Under the pieces are notes generated by a model, which saw only the letters and a program-made list of their open reading frames with translations, made no database searches and was not told where the DNA came from. DNA of 64,000 nucleotides, taken from the NCBI GenBank assembly GCA_019187085.1, contig JABARS010000037.1:1334-65333 (forward strand), read 5' to 3'. The stretch comes from Pseudorhodoplanes sp. GTDB lineage: Bacteria; Pseudomonadota; Alphaproteobacteria; Rhizobiales; Xanthobacteraceae. The position numbers and the translations under genes were made by a program. Positions 20,296 through 31,279 of this stretch are shown in pieces (positions within the stretch are counted from its first letter, which is position 1; every line of letters starts with the position of its first letter).

Positions 20296-20595
20296 GAATG
20301 CAACGCGCGATGCGGTACGGCAGGATTGCGATACCGCATCGAAACAGAACAGTTTCAAACTGCGCGCGGACGCGACGTTTGCACGCAATTTGATCGCCGC
20401 ACGACATCGTGACGACGGCGAATGTCTTGCTTCAGCCGCAATCTTGCTGTGTCGTAACGGGGCAGGCCGGTTCCGGCTGCGCTTCCGACATTCGCATCCC
20501 ATGCGGCCGTCCGGAATCGTCGGCGCAGAATCGGCACGCGGCGCATGAGCGACACGCGCGAAGCGTCCTTTCAGACTGAGACCAGGAGATCGACG

Positions 20596-20799
20596 ATGCA
20601 GAAGGGCACCGTCAAATGGTTCAACCCGACCAAGGGTTACGGGTTTATTCGTCCCACCGGCGGAGACAAGGATGTGTTCGTTCACATCTCGGCCGTCGAG
20701 CGTGCGGGCCTGAACACCTTGAACGAAGGCCAGACGGTCGAATATGAACTGGTGACCAACCGCGGCAAGACCTCCGCGGAAAACCTGAAGGTCGCCTGA
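20596..20799 (+). CDS. cspA: Cold-shock protein (CspA family)
   Basis: [20 protein letters not shown]...DVFVHISAV with RNP1/RNP2 motifs. AGGAGA Shine-Dalgarno 7 nt upstream. Confidence 0.95.
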   Translation: MQKGTVKWFNPTKGYGFIRPTGGDKDVFVHISAVERAGLNTLNEGQTVEYELVTNRGKTSAENLKVA

Positions 20800-20855
20800 C
20801 ATACCGGAACGAGCCGGACATCCAATCTTCGGCTGACAGATTTCACGACCCGTAA

Positions 20856-20888
20856 CCCCCGGCCCCACAGCCGGGGGTTTTTATTTTT
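20856..20888 (+). terminator. Rho-independent terminator after cspA, shared with the convergent EamA gene
   Basis: CCCCCGGC-cccaca-GCCGGGGG followed by TTTTTATTTTT. Confidence 0.8.
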
Positions 20889-20916
20889 GTGATATTGTAT
20901 TTGGAGAATCCAAGTC

Positions 20917-21801
20917 TCAGTCGGACTTCGGCAGGGCCTGAGTTCCTGTGCGGGGCGTTATAGTGAGTGCAAGACCGCCCAGAACGAGCACCACACCGGC
21001 TGCAAAAAGCAATCCCAATTTGTCTCCAAAGATCATCGCCGAAGTTATGACTCCGATTACGGGCTGTAGGTACTGGACGCTGGCCGCCGTGCTGACTTGC
21101 ACTGTACTCAAGAGATGCAGCCACAGGAACAGACCCGCAACCGTAACCACGACGCCGAGATAAACAGTAGCTGCGATACCTTCAGCCGTGAGCTGAAACG
21201 GTACGTTCCACATCTCCCAAATCGCCCATGGCAGCAGCGAGAGGAAACCGGAGGACGTACTCCAGGCTGCCAGCGCTCCAGTGCCGTACTCGCGGGCCAG
21301 TTCGACGCTCCAGACATAATAGAAAGCGATCGCGATGGCCGATAGCAGCATCCAGGCCGCGCCGATCGCGCTCGACTGAAAAGCTGCCGTCGTGTCTCCG
21401 TCCAATGCAACAAGCGCAATGCCGACAAAGGCGGCCAGCAATCCGAGTTTCTGCCAGCCCGACACCGGCTGCTTGAGGTGGATCGCGGCAAAGACGACGA
21501 CAAACACGGGAATGGTAGCCGAGATGATCGTGCCAACTGATGCGGACGTCGCAGCGACTCCATAGGCCTGCGCAACCTGGCCAACGCCCACGCCGATCAA
21601 TCCAAGCGCGGCAAGGCGCGGCAATTTATGCCATGGCAGCCGATGCCGACCGAAAACGAAGGGCAACAGGAGCGGTAAGGCAACCGCGAAGCGCAGTGCT
21701 GTCAATGTCAGAGGGGGCAGCGTCTGAAGCCCGAGCTTTGTGGCTGGAATCGACAAGCCCCACATCACTGCCAGCAACAGCATGGCCCTTATGCTGCGCA
21801 T
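20917..21801 (-). CDS. EamA/DMT-family transporter
   Basis: Ten-TM-type sequence with two EamA halves (LLAVMWGLSIPATKLGL..., ...YLQPVIGVITSAMIFGDKL). G+C is visibly lower than in the flanks. Confidence 0.85.
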   Translation of the reverse strand: MRSIRAMLLLAVMWGLSIPATKLGLQTLPPLTLTALRFAVALPLLLPFVFGRHRLPWHKLPRLAALGLIGVGVGQVAQAYGVAATSASVGTIISATIPVFVVVFAAIHLKQPVSGWQKLGLLAAFVGIALVALDGDTTAAFQSSAIGAAWMLLSAIAIAFYYVWSVELAREYGTGALAAWSTSSGFLSLLPWAIWEMWNVPFQLTAEGIAATVYLGVVVTVAGLFLWLHLLSTVQVSTAASVQYLQPVIGVITSAMIFGDKLGLLFAAGVVLVLGGLALTITPRTGTQALPKSD

Positions 21802-21956
21802 TCCGTTATCGCTCTGTCCGCACGTTCATTTGGCATCGCTACAGATCGCAACTTGTCAACGTCAGCACCGCGGCAGGCGATGGCCGAAGGCTTCTCTTGG
21901 CTGCCCTTTCGGGCCAGTTACAAGAAGGTCGGTCGGGCTTTGGCTGCGCCATCATT

Positions 21957-22655
21957 TTATCTTGAGCTAGGGCTGGCTTGTGGATGAATCAACACCGCCC
22001 CCGCGCCCGGTACGCCGTCGACGCGACAACGTCCGCCGACACGACGTAGCCGTCCCTCGGCAAGCCATCGCAGCGCCAGCGGATAGATGCGGTGCTCGAC
22101 CCCGACGACGCGCGCGGCGAGGCTGTCGGGCGTGTCGTCATCGAGCACCGGCACCGCGGCCTGGATCACGATAGGGCCGGCATCCATCTCCGGCACGACG
22201 AAATGCACGGTCGCCCCATGGATGCGCACGCCGGCTTCGAGTGCGTGCGCATGGGTGTCGAGGCCCTTGAAGGAGGGCAGCAGCGCGGGATGGATGTTGA
22301 GCATCCGTCCTTCCCACAGCGCGACAAATTGGGGCGTGAACAGGCGCATGAAGCCGCCGAGGCAGACGAGATCGATGCGGTGCCGTTCGAGCACCTCCTG
22401 CAGCACGCGCTCGAACGCTGCGCGGTCCTTGCCGTGTGTGGTGTGGTCGACGACCGCGGTTTCGATGCCGCGCGCGCGCGCGATCGCGAGGCCCGCCGCA
22501 TTGGGCCGGTTGGAGACCACGAGCGCGATCGCGGCCGGATAGGCGGGATCGTCGGCCGCGGCGGCGAGCGCGGCCATGTTGGAGCCGCGGCCGGAAATCA
22601 GGACGGCGACGCGCTTCCTCGATGTTTGCTCTTCGGCCATGGGCTCATCCGGCAA
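21957..22655 (-). CDS. purN: Phosphoribosylglycinamide formyltransferase
   Basis: [23 protein letters not shown] and [12 protein letters not shown] are PurN motifs. Downstream of purM. Start is 22655 or 22640. Confidence 0.92.
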   Translation of the reverse strand: MPDEPMAEEQTSRKRVAVLISGRGSNMAALAAAADDPAYPAAIALVVSNRPNAAGLAIARARGIETAVVDHTTHGKDRAAFERVLQEVLERHRIDLVCLGGFMRLFTPQFVALWEGRMLNIHPALLPSFKGLDTHAHALEAGVRIHGATVHFVVPEMDAGPIVIQAAVPVLDDDTPDSLAARVVGVEHRIYPLALRWLAEGRLRRVGGRCRVDGVPGAGAVLIHPQASPSSR

Positions 22656-23718
22656 GGTCGAGCCGGCCCGTCAATCGGACCTGCACGCCGTCGGTCGCGG
22701 CGGCGATGCGGCCGAGCCGGTGCACGCCGTCGCCCTCGCGTTCGAGCACGCCAGCTACGGCGTCGGCGCGGTCGGCGGCGACGACGGCGATCATGCCGAT
22801 CCCGCAATTGAAGGTGCGCAGCATTTCCTCCTGCGCGATGTTGCCGGCGGCGGCGAGCCAGCGGAAGACCGGCAGCACCGGCACGCTTGCGAGATCGATC
22901 TCGGCGGCGAGGCCCCTGGGCAGGACGCGCGGGATGTTATCGGGGAATCCGCCGCCGGTGATGTGGGCGAGCGCCTTGACCGCGCCGGTCTCGCGGATCG
23001 CGGCGAGGCAGGATTTCACGTAGAGGCGCGTCGGCGTCAGCACCGCTTCGCCGAGCGTTTCGCCGCGCGCGAACGGAGCGGGCGCGCTCCAGGCAAGCCC
23101 GGCATGGCCTGCGACCCGGCGCACGAGCGAGAAACCGTTCGAATGCACGCCCGATGAGGCGAGCCCGAGCACCATGTCGCCCGGCCCGATATCGGAGCGC
23201 GGCAGCAGCGTGCCGCGCTCGGCGGCGCCGACGGCAAAGCCGGCGAGATCGTAGTCGCCGGGCTGATAGAGCCCGGGCATCTCGGCGGTCTCCCCGCCGA
23301 TCAATGCGCAGCCCGATTGCCGGCAACCCTGCGCGATGCCCGCCACGACGGCGGCGCCGACCTGCGGATCGAGCTGCGAGCAGGCAAAATAGTCGAGGAA
23401 GAACAGCGGCTCGGCGCCCTGCACCACGAGGTCGTTGACCGACATGGCGACAAGATCGATGCCGATCGTGTCGTGGCGGCCAGTTTCAATCGCGATCTTG
23501 ACCTTGGTGCCGACGCCGTCGGTAGCCGCAACCAGGACGGGATCGGAAAAGCCGGCCCCCTTGAGGTCGAAGAGTCCGCCGAAGCCGCCGATTTCGGCGT
23601 CGGCGCCGCGGCGGCGCGTTGCACGCACCAGCGGTTTGATCAGTTCCACCATGCGGTTGCCGGCGTCGATATCGACCCCGGCTTCGGCATAGGTGAGGCC
23701 GCGCCCCTTCTGACTCAT
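22645..23718 (-). CDS. purM: Phosphoribosylformylglycinamidine cyclo-ligase (AIR synthetase)
   Basis: [20 protein letters not shown] and GGETAEMPG are PurM motifs. Confidence 0.95.
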   Translation of the reverse strand: MSQKGRGLTYAEAGVDIDAGNRMVELIKPLVRATRRRGADAEIGGFGGLFDLKGAGFSDPVLVAATDGVGTKVKIAIETGRHDTIGIDLVAMSVNDLVVQGAEPLFFLDYFACSQLDPQVGAAVVAGIAQGCRQSGCALIGGETAEMPGLYQPGDYDLAGFAVGAAERGTLLPRSDIGPGDMVLGLASSGVHSNGFSLVRRVAGHAGLAWSAPAPFARGETLGEAVLTPTRLYVKSCLAAIRETGAVKALAHITGGGFPDNIPRVLPRGLAAEIDLASVPVLPVFRWLAAAGNIAQEEMLRTFNCGIGMIAVVAADRADAVAGVLEREGDGVHRLGRIAAATDGVQVRLTGRLDLAG

Positions 23719-23796
23719 GGTGATCCCCGGCTGCCAGCCGGGGATTACGTGGAAATTGCATTGTACGCAATGGCTTGAAGGCTTTTATACTATAGT

Positions 23797-24390
23797 TTGT
23801 GTCGTGCGGCGCCGGTTGCCGCAGCGTGCCGGGGCGAATTTGCTTTGAGTATTCCGAATCTCATCACACTCGCGCGCATCCTTGCGGTGCCGCTGGTGGT
23901 GTGGGCGATCAGTTCTGGGGAGATGCTGATCGCGTTCATCCTGTTCGTGGCGGCGGGGATCAGCGACGCCATCGACGGTTTTCTTGCCAAGCGCTTCGAT
24001 ATGGCGAGCGAGATTGGAGCCTATCTCGATCCGATCGCCGACAAGGCGCTGATCGTGTCGATCTATGTCTCGCTCGGGATCGCGGGCGAGATTCCCCGCT
24101 GGCTCGTGATCTTCGTGGTATCCCGCGACATCATGATCGTGGGCGCAGTGATCCTGACCTGGCTGATCGGCCGGCCCATGGAAATGAAGCCGCTGCGGGT
24201 CTCCAAGCTCAATACCGTTGCCCAGATCGTGTTCGCCTGCCTCGTTCTTGGCTCGCTGGCGTTCAAGTTCGGGCTCGGCATCCTTTATCCGCTGGCCATA
24301 ACGGCGGTTGCCGTCTTGACCTTCCTGTCGATCGCCTTCTATCTCGCCGAGTGGATCCGTCACGTCGGCTCGACCGAAGAGGGGCGCTAG
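23797..24390 (+). CDS. CDP-alcohol phosphatidyltransferase family protein
   Basis: IPNLITLARI...SDAIDGFLAKRF...DPIADK is the CDP-alcohol transferase motif. Start is uncertain: ATG 23797, or TTG 23845 just before LSIPNLITL. Confidence 0.85.
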   Translation: MCRAAPVAAACRGEFALSIPNLITLARILAVPLVVWAISSGEMLIAFILFVAAGISDAIDGFLAKRFDMASEIGAYLDPIADKALIVSIYVSLGIAGEIPRWLVIFVVSRDIMIVGAVILTWLIGRPMEMKPLRVSKLNTVAQIVFACLVLGSLAFKFGLGILYPLAITAVAVLTFLSIAFYLAEWIRHVGSTEEGR

Positions 24391-24395
24391 CGGCG

Positions 24396-25502
24396 ATGAG
24401 CAACGAGGAGCAGCCAGCGCCGGCGAGCGGGATGCAGCGCAAGCTGTCGCTCAAGCGCCAGCTTATCTTCTGGAGCTTGGCGCTGTTGCTGTTCGCGCTG
24501 TTCCTGTGGGTGTTCCGGGACGTCCTGCTGCCGTTCATCGTGGCGATGGGGCTTGCCTATCTGCTCGATCCGGTGGTCGAGCGCATGCGCGGCATCGGGA
24601 TCAACCGCACGCTGGCCACGCTCATCATCGTCGTCGGCACCGTGCTCGTGATCGTCGCCGCGCTTGGGCTGCTGATCCCGCTCCTGACCCAGGAGATCGC
24701 GCAGTTCGCGCAGCGCCTGCCGCATTATTTCCAGCAATTGCAGGACTATGTCGCGCGCTCGCAGGGCACCTGGTTCGGTCAGTTGATCGGGGAGCGCCTG
24801 CCGGAAATCCAGAAATCGCTGAGCGGGTTCGCCTCGCAGGCGGCGGGCTGGCTCGGCGGTTTCCTCGCCTCGCTCTGGTCGGGCGGCAAGGCGCTCGTGT
24901 CGGTGCTTTCGCTTCTAATCATCGCCCCGGTAGTGACCTTCTATCTTCTGCTCGACTGGGACCGCCTGGTTGCGAAAGTCGACGAGTGGATTCCGCTGCC
25001 GCACAAGACGACCGTGCGGCAATTGCTGGGCGAGGTGGATGGCGCGATCTCCGGGTTCATGCGCGGGCAGGCCCTGTGCTGCGTCATCCTCGGCGCATTC
25101 TATGCCGTTAGCCTCGTGCTGCTCGGACTCAATTTCGGATTGATGATCGGCATCGTGTCGGGCGTGCTCAGCTTCGTGCCCTATGTCGGAACGGTGGTTG
25201 GCTTCCTGCTGGCCGGCGGCGTCGCGATCGCGCAATTCTGGCCGGAATGGCTACCGATCCTGATGGCGGTCGGCGTTTTCGTGGTCGGTCAGGCGATCGA
25301 AGGCAACGTGCTGCAGCCCTATTTCGTCGGCACCAAGATCGGCCTGCATCCGGTATGGCTGATGTTCTCGCTGCTTGCGTTCGGATATCTGTTCGGATTT
25401 GTCGGCCTGCTGGTCGCAGTCCCGGTGGCGGCCTCGATCGGCGTGCTGGTCCGTTTCCTGATCCGCCAGTATCTCGCGAGCCCTTATTATACCGGTGGCT
25501 GA
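24396..25502 (+). CDS. AI-2E family transporter (PerM/YhhT-like permease)
   Basis: Polytopic sequence with LLPFIVAMGLAYLLDP and a C-terminal IEGNVLQPYFVG-type motif. ATG 24396. Confidence 0.85.
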   Translation: MSNEEQPAPASGMQRKLSLKRQLIFWSLALLLFALFLWVFRDVLLPFIVAMGLAYLLDPVVERMRGIGINRTLATLIIVVGTVLVIVAALGLLIPLLTQEIAQFAQRLPHYFQQLQDYVARSQGTWFGQLIGERLPEIQKSLSGFASQAAGWLGGFLASLWSGGKALVSVLSLLIIAPVVTFYLLLDWDRLVAKVDEWIPLPHKTTVRQLLGEVDGAISGFMRGQALCCVILGAFYAVSLVLLGLNFGLMIGIVSGVLSFVPYVGTVVGFLLAGGVAIAQFWPEWLPILMAVGVFVVGQAIEGNVLQPYFVGTKIGLHPVWLMFSLLAFGYLFGFVGLLVAVPVAASIGVLVRFLIRQYLASPYYTGG

Positions 25503-25503
25503 G

Positions 25504-26181
25504 ATGCCGGCCGTTTCCGCCCCGCGGCAGCTCACGCTCGCGCTCGGCCATAGCGAGAGCTTCGCGCGCGACGATTTCCTGCGCGGCGCCTCGAACGCGG
25601 CCGCGCTCGCGCTGGTCGACGACTGGCCGGACTGGCCGAGCCGCATCATGGCGATCTGCGGCCCGCAGGGGGCCGGCAAGAGCCACCTGGCCGCGATCTG
25701 GGGCGAGCGCGCGGGCGCGCGTTTCCTGGCCGGCCGTTCGCTTGACCGCGATCTGCCGACGGCTGCCCTGGCCACCGGGGCGCTGGTGCTCGAAGACCTT
25801 GCCGCTGGCCGGCTCGACGAGCAGGCCCTGTTCCACCTGATCAATCTGGCGCGCCAGGACGGCGCCTACGTGCTCCTGACCGCGCGCGAGAGCCCGACGC
25901 GCTGGCCGGTCGGGCTGCCCGATCTCGCCTCGCGGCTGCGGGCCATCCCGGTCGTGACGCTTGAAGCCCCCGACGACGGGCTTCTGGCCGGGGTCATCGC
26001 CAAGCTTTTTGCCGACCGGCAACTGGTCGTGGACGACGCATTGATCCGTTACCTGCTGGCACGGGTGGAACGCTCGATCGCGGCGGTGCGCGGGGCGGTC
26101 GAACGGCTCGACCGCGAGGCCATGCAGCGCCGGCGGCCGGTGAGCCGGGCGCTTGCGGCCGAACTCTATCGCGACGAATAA
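25504..26181 (+). CDS. hdaA: DnaA regulatory inactivator HdaA
   Basis: [26 protein letters not shown]...[16 protein letters not shown] (DnaA-like AAA+ domain, Walker A). Typical alphaproteobacterial context upstream of ppk. An alternative GTG start is at 25495. Confidence 0.85.
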   Translation: MPAVSAPRQLTLALGHSESFARDDFLRGASNAAALALVDDWPDWPSRIMAICGPQGAGKSHLAAIWGERAGARFLAGRSLDRDLPTAALATGALVLEDLAAGRLDEQALFHLINLARQDGAYVLLTARESPTRWPVGLPDLASRLRAIPVVTLEAPDDGLLAGVIAKLFADRQLVVDDALIRYLLARVERSIAAVRGAVERLDREAMQRRRPVSRALAAELYRDE

Positions 26182-26281
26182 TCCGGTAACGACGCCGCGG
26201 GCGGTGCCGGTCGGTCATCTGGATGTCACTATTTTACGATATGGTTCCGTAAACTGGGCCCATACGTTCCATCGCAACATT

Positions 26282-28507
26282 ATGTTATATTCAAGCGAAT
26301 CCGTTGTAATCGCGGACGAAAATGCTGCGTCCGCCGCCCCGATACCGTCGGCCGAGGCCGCGCGGCCGGACGGCGCGCGGCTTGCCGCAAGCCCGGAACG
26401 CTTCATCAACCGCGAACTGTCCTGGCTGCATTTCAATCGCCGGGTCTGGGAAGAGGCCAGCAACCCCAACCATCCGCTGCTCGAGCGGCTGCGCTTTCTG
26501 TCGATCTCGGCCAACAATCTGGACGAGTTCTTCATGGTGCGTGTCGCCGCCCTCAAGGGCCAGGTGCGCGAAGGCATTTCCGAACGCAGCCCCGACGGCC
26601 TGACCGCCGCCGAGCAGCTCGTGCGCATCGCCGAGATGGCCTCGGTGCTGGCGAGCGACCAGCAGACGCGCTGGCGCGAGTTGCGCGGTGAACTGGCCGC
26701 CGCCGGCATCGTGCTGGTCGACGGACACGAGGTGAGCAAACAGGAACGCTCCTGGCTCGAGGAGCATTTCCTGCACCATGTCTTCCCGGTGCTGACGCCG
26801 CTGGCGATCGATCCGGCGCATCCGTTCCCGTTCATCCCCAATCTCGGCTTTTCGCTGGCGCTGCAATTGTCGCGCGCGAGCGACGGCAAGGCGATGAACG
26901 CGCTGATCCGCGTCCCGCACAAGATCGAGCGCTTCGTGCTGCTGCCGAAGGGCGCCGACGGCGCCCAGCGCGTCATCACGCTCGAACAGGTCACCGGCCT
27001 GTTCATCGGCCGACTGTTCCCGGGCTATGCGGTGAAGGGGCAGGGCGCCTTCCGCATCATCCGCGATTCCGAAATCGAAATCGAGGAAGAGTCGGAAGAC
27101 CTCGTGCGGCAATTCGAGACCGCGCTCAAGCGCCGCCGGCGCGGGTCGGTGATCCGGCTCGAGATCGAGGAAAGCATGCCGCCCGAACTGCGCAAGTTCG
27201 TGCAGCGCGTGCTGGCGGTCGCCGACGACGAGGTGTTTGTCGTCAACGGCATGCTCGCGCTCAACGAGCTCAAGGAGCTGGTCGCGCTCGACCGGCCGGA
27301 TCTCCTGTTCACCCCCTATAACCCGCGCTTCCCCGAGCGCATCCGCGACCATGGCGGCGACTGTTTCGCGGCCATCCGCCAGAAGGACCTGATCGTCCAT
27401 CACCCCTACGAATCGTTCGACGTCGTGGTGCAGTTCCTGCAGCAAGCCGCGCGCGATCCCGACGTGATCGCGATCAAGCAGACCCTATACCGGACCTCGT
27501 CGGAATCGCCGATCGTGCGCACGCTCGCCGAAGCCGCCGAGGCCGGCAAGTCGGTGACCGCGCTGGTTGAGCTCAAGGCGCGCTTCGACGAGGAGGCCAA
27601 TATCCGCTGGGCGCGCGACCTCGAACGCGCCGGCGCGCAGGTGGTCTACGGACTGATCGAGCTGAAGACGCACGCCAAGCTGTCGCTTGTGGTGCGGCGC
27701 GAGCGCGGGGCGCTGGCGTCCTATGTCCATGTCGGCACCGGCAACTATCACCCGATTACCGCGCGCATCTATACCGACCTGTCGTTCTTCACCGCCGATC
27801 CGGTGATCGCGCGCGACGTGGCGCGGATCTTCAATTTCGTCACCGGTTATGCCGAGCCGGCGGAGCTTGAGGCCATGGCGGTGTCGCCGGTGACGCTGCG
27901 CCGGCGCATCATGGATCACATCGAGGCCGAGATCGCGCACGCGCAGGCCGGCCGGCCGGCGGCGATCTGGATGAAGATGAATGCGCTCGTCGATCCCGAC
28001 ATCATCGACGCGCTCTATCGCGCCTCCAATGCCGGCGTCGGCATCGATCTCGTCATCCGCGGTATCTGCTGCCTGCGGCCGGGCGTGAAGGGACTGTCCG
28101 ACAATATCCGCGTTAAATCGATCGTCGGGCGCTTCCTCGAGCACGGGCGTATCTTCTGCTTCGGCGCGGGTCACGGACTTCCCTCGCCGAAGGCGGCGGT
28201 CTACATCTCCTCCGCCGACATGATGCCGCGCAATCTTGACCGCCGGGTCGAGGCGCTGTGCCCGATCCTCAATCCCACGGTGCACGAGCAGGTGCTCGAC
28301 CAGATTATGGTCGTCAATTTCGCGGATACCGAGCAGAGCTGGAAGGTCTTGCCTGACGGCACCTCGATCCGCATAAAGCCCGGGAAGGGGGACGAGTCGG
28401 TCAACGCTCAGAAGTACTTCATGACCAATCCGAGCCTGTCGGGACGTGGAACATCCTCCAAAGAATCCTCGCCACGCCGTCTCCCGCGCCGCGCAGAGCG
28501 CGCGTAG
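26282..28507 (+). CDS. ppk: Polyphosphate kinase 1
   Basis: [40 protein letters not shown], and two PLD-like HKD regions ([13 protein letters not shown]; [10 protein letters not shown]). Start taken at ATG 26282. The ORF opens at 26153 inside hdaA. Confidence 0.93.
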   Translation: MLYSSESVVIADENAASAAPIPSAEAARPDGARLAASPERFINRELSWLHFNRRVWEEASNPNHPLLERLRFLSISANNLDEFFMVRVAALKGQVREGISERSPDGLTAAEQLVRIAEMASVLASDQQTRWRELRGELAAAGIVLVDGHEVSKQERSWLEEHFLHHVFPVLTPLAIDPAHPFPFIPNLGFSLALQLSRASDGKAMNALIRVPHKIERFVLLPKGADGAQRVITLEQVTGLFIGRLFPGYAVKGQGAFRIIRDSEIEIEEESEDLVRQFETALKRRRRGSVIRLEIEESMPPELRKFVQRVLAVADDEVFVVNGMLALNELKELVALDRPDLLFTPYNPRFPERIRDHGGDCFAAIRQKDLIVHHPYESFDVVVQFLQQAARDPDVIAIKQTLYRTSSESPIVRTLAEAAEAGKSVTALVELKARFDEEANIRWARDLERAGAQVVYGLIELKTHAKLSLVVRRERGALASYVHVGTGNYHPITARIYTDLSFFTADPVIARDVARIFNFVTGYAEPAELEAMAVSPVTLRRRIMDHIEAEIAHAQAGRPAAIWMKMNALVDPDIIDALYRASNAGVGIDLVIRGICCLRPGVKGLSDNIRVKSIVGRFLEHGRIFCFGAGHGLPSPKAAVYISSADMMPRNLDRRVEALCPILNPTVHEQVLDQIMVVNFADTEQSWKVLPDGTSIRIKPGKGDESVNAQKYFMTNPSLSGRGTSSKESSPRRLPRRAERA

Positions 28508-28574
28508 CCACGCGCCCCGCGCGCGCCGCCGCCAACTACCTGACAGGACTGCAAGAAAGCTGCTGACCGCGGGG

Positions 28575-30074
28575 GTGGCGCAAGGCCGCCTCGATCACGG
28601 TCCGCCGGTCGCCGTCATCGATATCGGCTCGAACTCGATCCGCCTCGTCGTCTACGAGGGCCTGACGCGCAGCCCGGCGCCGATCTTCAACGAGAAGGTC
28701 CTGGCCGGGCTTGGCCGCGAGGTGCAATCCACCGGCCTCCTGGCCGCGGATGCTGTGGAAAAAGCGATCGATACGCTGCGGCGCTATCGCGCACTCTGCG
28801 ACACGCTCAAGGTCAAGACGGTGCTCGGAATCGCCACCGCCGCCTGCCGCGACGCCAGAAACGGGGCGGCCTTCATCGCGCAAGCCGAGCGCATCTGCCG
28901 TACCCGCATCGAAGTCGCCTCCGGCCGGCGCGAGGCGCAATTGTCGGCGCTTGGCGTCGTGTCCGGGATGCACAATCCGGACGGCCTTGTCGGCGATCTC
29001 GGCGGCGGTTCGCTCGAACTCATCGACCTGAAGGGCCGGCGCATCCGCAGCGGGGTGACGCTGCCGCTCGGCGGACTGGCGCTGCAGGACATTTCCCGCA
29101 GGTCGATGCATAAAGCGCAAGCCTTCGTTGCCGGCGCGCTCGGGCGGGTGGATTTTCTCAAAGCCGGGCGCGGACGTACCTTCTATGCGGTCGGCGGCGC
29201 TTGGCGCGCGCTCGCGCATCTGCATATCGCGCGCACCGGCTATCCACTGCGCGTCATGCACGGTTACCGCATGAGCACGCAGGAGGCGCTCAAATTCTGC
29301 CGGCTCGTGCGGCGCACGCGTCCGGACAAGATCGCGCAGATCGAGGTCATATCGAGCGCGCGCCGCCCGCTGCTCGGCTATGCGGCGCTCGTGATGGAGC
29401 ACATCATCCGCACCGTGCGCCCCAAGGACATCGTCGTCTCCGCGCTCGGCGTACGCGAGGGACTGCTCTATTCGCTGCTCGATCCCGCCGAGCGCGCCAG
29501 GGATCCGCTGATCACGGCCGCGCGCAGCCTCAATATCCTGCGCTCGCGCGCACCCGCCCACGGCGAGGAGTTGATCCGCTGGACCGACGGTTTCATGGAG
29601 TCGTCGGGACTGAGGGAAAGCGCCGAGGACAGGCGCCTGCGCCATGCCGCCTGCCTGCTCGCCGACATCGGCTGGCGCGCGCATCCCGACTATCGCGGCG
29701 AGCAGTCGCTCAACATCATTTCCAACGCCGACTTCATCGGCATCGATCATCCGGGTCGGGCGTTCCTTGCGCTGTCGGTCTATTTCCGGCACGCCGGGAT
29801 CGCGAACGAGCAGCCGTCGCCGCGCATCCGCGAGATCGCCTCGCGCCATCACCTGGAAGGCGCGCGTCTGCTCGGCGCGCTCATGCGCGTGGCCTATATC
29901 GTTTCCGCCTCGATGCCCGGTGTGTTGCCGCATGCGCCGTTGCGGGTCGTGCGCGGGCGGCTGGTATTGCGGCTGCCGGGGGAATTCGCAGCGCTTGCCA
30001 GCGAACGCGTGGCCGGCCGGTTGCGCCAGATCGGCCGCCTGATCGGGCGGCCGACCCATATCGCGACGGACTGA
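28575..30074 (+). CDS. ppx: Exopolyphosphatase (Ppx/GppA family)
   Basis: VAVIDIGSNSIRLVVYE and LVGDLGGGSLEL are ASKHA-fold motifs. Start is ambiguous. GTG 28575 gives about 500 aa; ATG 28446 would overlap ppk by 62 nt. Confidence 0.88.
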   Translation: MAQGRLDHGPPVAVIDIGSNSIRLVVYEGLTRSPAPIFNEKVLAGLGREVQSTGLLAADAVEKAIDTLRRYRALCDTLKVKTVLGIATAACRDARNGAAFIAQAERICRTRIEVASGRREAQLSALGVVSGMHNPDGLVGDLGGGSLELIDLKGRRIRSGVTLPLGGLALQDISRRSMHKAQAFVAGALGRVDFLKAGRGRTFYAVGGAWRALAHLHIARTGYPLRVMHGYRMSTQEALKFCRLVRRTRPDKIAQIEVISSARRPLLGYAALVMEHIIRTVRPKDIVVSALGVREGLLYSLLDPAERARDPLITAARSLNILRSRAPAHGEELIRWTDGFMESSGLRESAEDRRLRHAACLLADIGWRAHPDYRGEQSLNIISNADFIGIDHPGRAFLALSVYFRHAGIANEQPSPRIREIASRHHLEGARLLGALMRVAYIVSASMPGVLPHAPLRVVRGRLVLRLPGEFAALASERVAGRLRQIGRLIGRPTHIATD

Positions 30075-30085
30075 GCAGGGGCGCG

Positions 30086-31234
30086 TCAGTCGCGCGCGAC
30101 GGTCGTGACGCGGCCGCGGTCGATGGCGAGCGCGAGCTCGCCGCGCTTGAGCGAGAGCGCCTTCTCGCCGAACAGATCGCGCCGCCAGCCCTTGAGTGCC
30201 GGCACGTCGGCCTTGTCGTCGGCGGCAATGCGGTCGAGGTCGTCGACCGTGGCGATGACCTTGGCGGCGACGCCGTGCTGCTCGGCGGTCATGCGCAGTA
30301 GCACCTTGAGAAGCTCGACGATCGCCGAGCCGTTCGGCGCGGGCTTGGGCCGCTCGATCGAGGGCAGCGTCCTGGGATCGCGCCCGAGCGCACGCTTGAC
30401 CAGTTCGGGGATTTCCTGCCCCCATCTCGATCGCTCGAAGCCTTTGGGCAGGGCGCGCAGCGCGGCGAGCTTCTCGACGCTGATCGGGGCCTGCATGGCG
30501 ATGTCGACCACGAGATCGTCTTTCAGCACGCGGCCGCGCGGCACGTCGCGCGTCTTGGCCTCGCGCTCGCGCCAGGCGGCGACCTCGATCAGCACCGCCA
30601 GCTCCTTCGGCTTGCGCACGCGCGCGCGCAGCCGCTGCCAGGCATTCTCGGGATCGAGCCGGTAGGTGTCGGGCGAGGTGAGGACGTCCATCTCTTCGCT
30701 GACCCATTCGGTGCGGCCGCGCCGGCCGAGATCGGACATCAGCTTATGGTAGATGTCGCGCAGATGCGTGACGTCCGACACCGCATAATCGAGCTGCGCC
30801 TTGGAGAGCGGGCGGCGCGTCCAGTCGGTGAAGCGGTGCGACTTGTCGATCGCATCTCCGGTGATGCGCTGGACGAGCTGGTCGTAGGAGACCGAGTCGC
30901 CGTAGCCGAGCACCATGGCGGCGACCTGGGTGTCGAAAATCGGATGCGGAATCAGGCCGGCGCGGTGCCAGACGATTTCGATATCCTGGCGGGCGGCGTG
31001 GAAGACCTTGACGATCGTCTCGTTCGCCATCAGCGCGAAGAAGGCGGCGAGATCGAGCCCCTCGGCGAGCGCGTCAACCACCACGGCCTCGTCGGGGCCG
31101 GCCATCTGCAGCACGCAGAGCTGCGGATAATAGGTCGATTCACGCAGGAACTCGGTATCCACCGTGACGAAGGGATGGCGCGCGAGCCGCTCGCACGCTT
31201 GCGCCAGTTGCTGTGTGGTCGTGATGATGTTCAT
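30086..31234 (-). CDS. rnd: Ribonuclease D
   Basis: [23 protein letters not shown] (DEDD exonuclease), YAVSDVTHL, and a HRDC-containing C-terminal part. Confidence 0.9.
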   Translation of the reverse strand: MNIITTTQQLAQACERLARHPFVTVDTEFLRESTYYPQLCVLQMAGPDEAVVVDALAEGLDLAAFFALMANETIVKVFHAARQDIEIVWHRAGLIPHPIFDTQVAAMVLGYGDSVSYDQLVQRITGDAIDKSHRFTDWTRRPLSKAQLDYAVSDVTHLRDIYHKLMSDLGRRGRTEWVSEEMDVLTSPDTYRLDPENAWQRLRARVRKPKELAVLIEVAAWREREAKTRDVPRGRVLKDDLVVDIAMQAPISVEKLAALRALPKGFERSRWGQEIPELVKRALGRDPRTLPSIERPKPAPNGSAIVELLKVLLRMTAEQHGVAAKVIATVDDLDRIAADDKADVPALKGWRRDLFGEKALSLKRGELALAIDRGRVTTVARD

Positions 31235-31279
31235 GAACCGTCGTATCGGAACCTTCGCCGAATGATAAGAGCGGACCGG

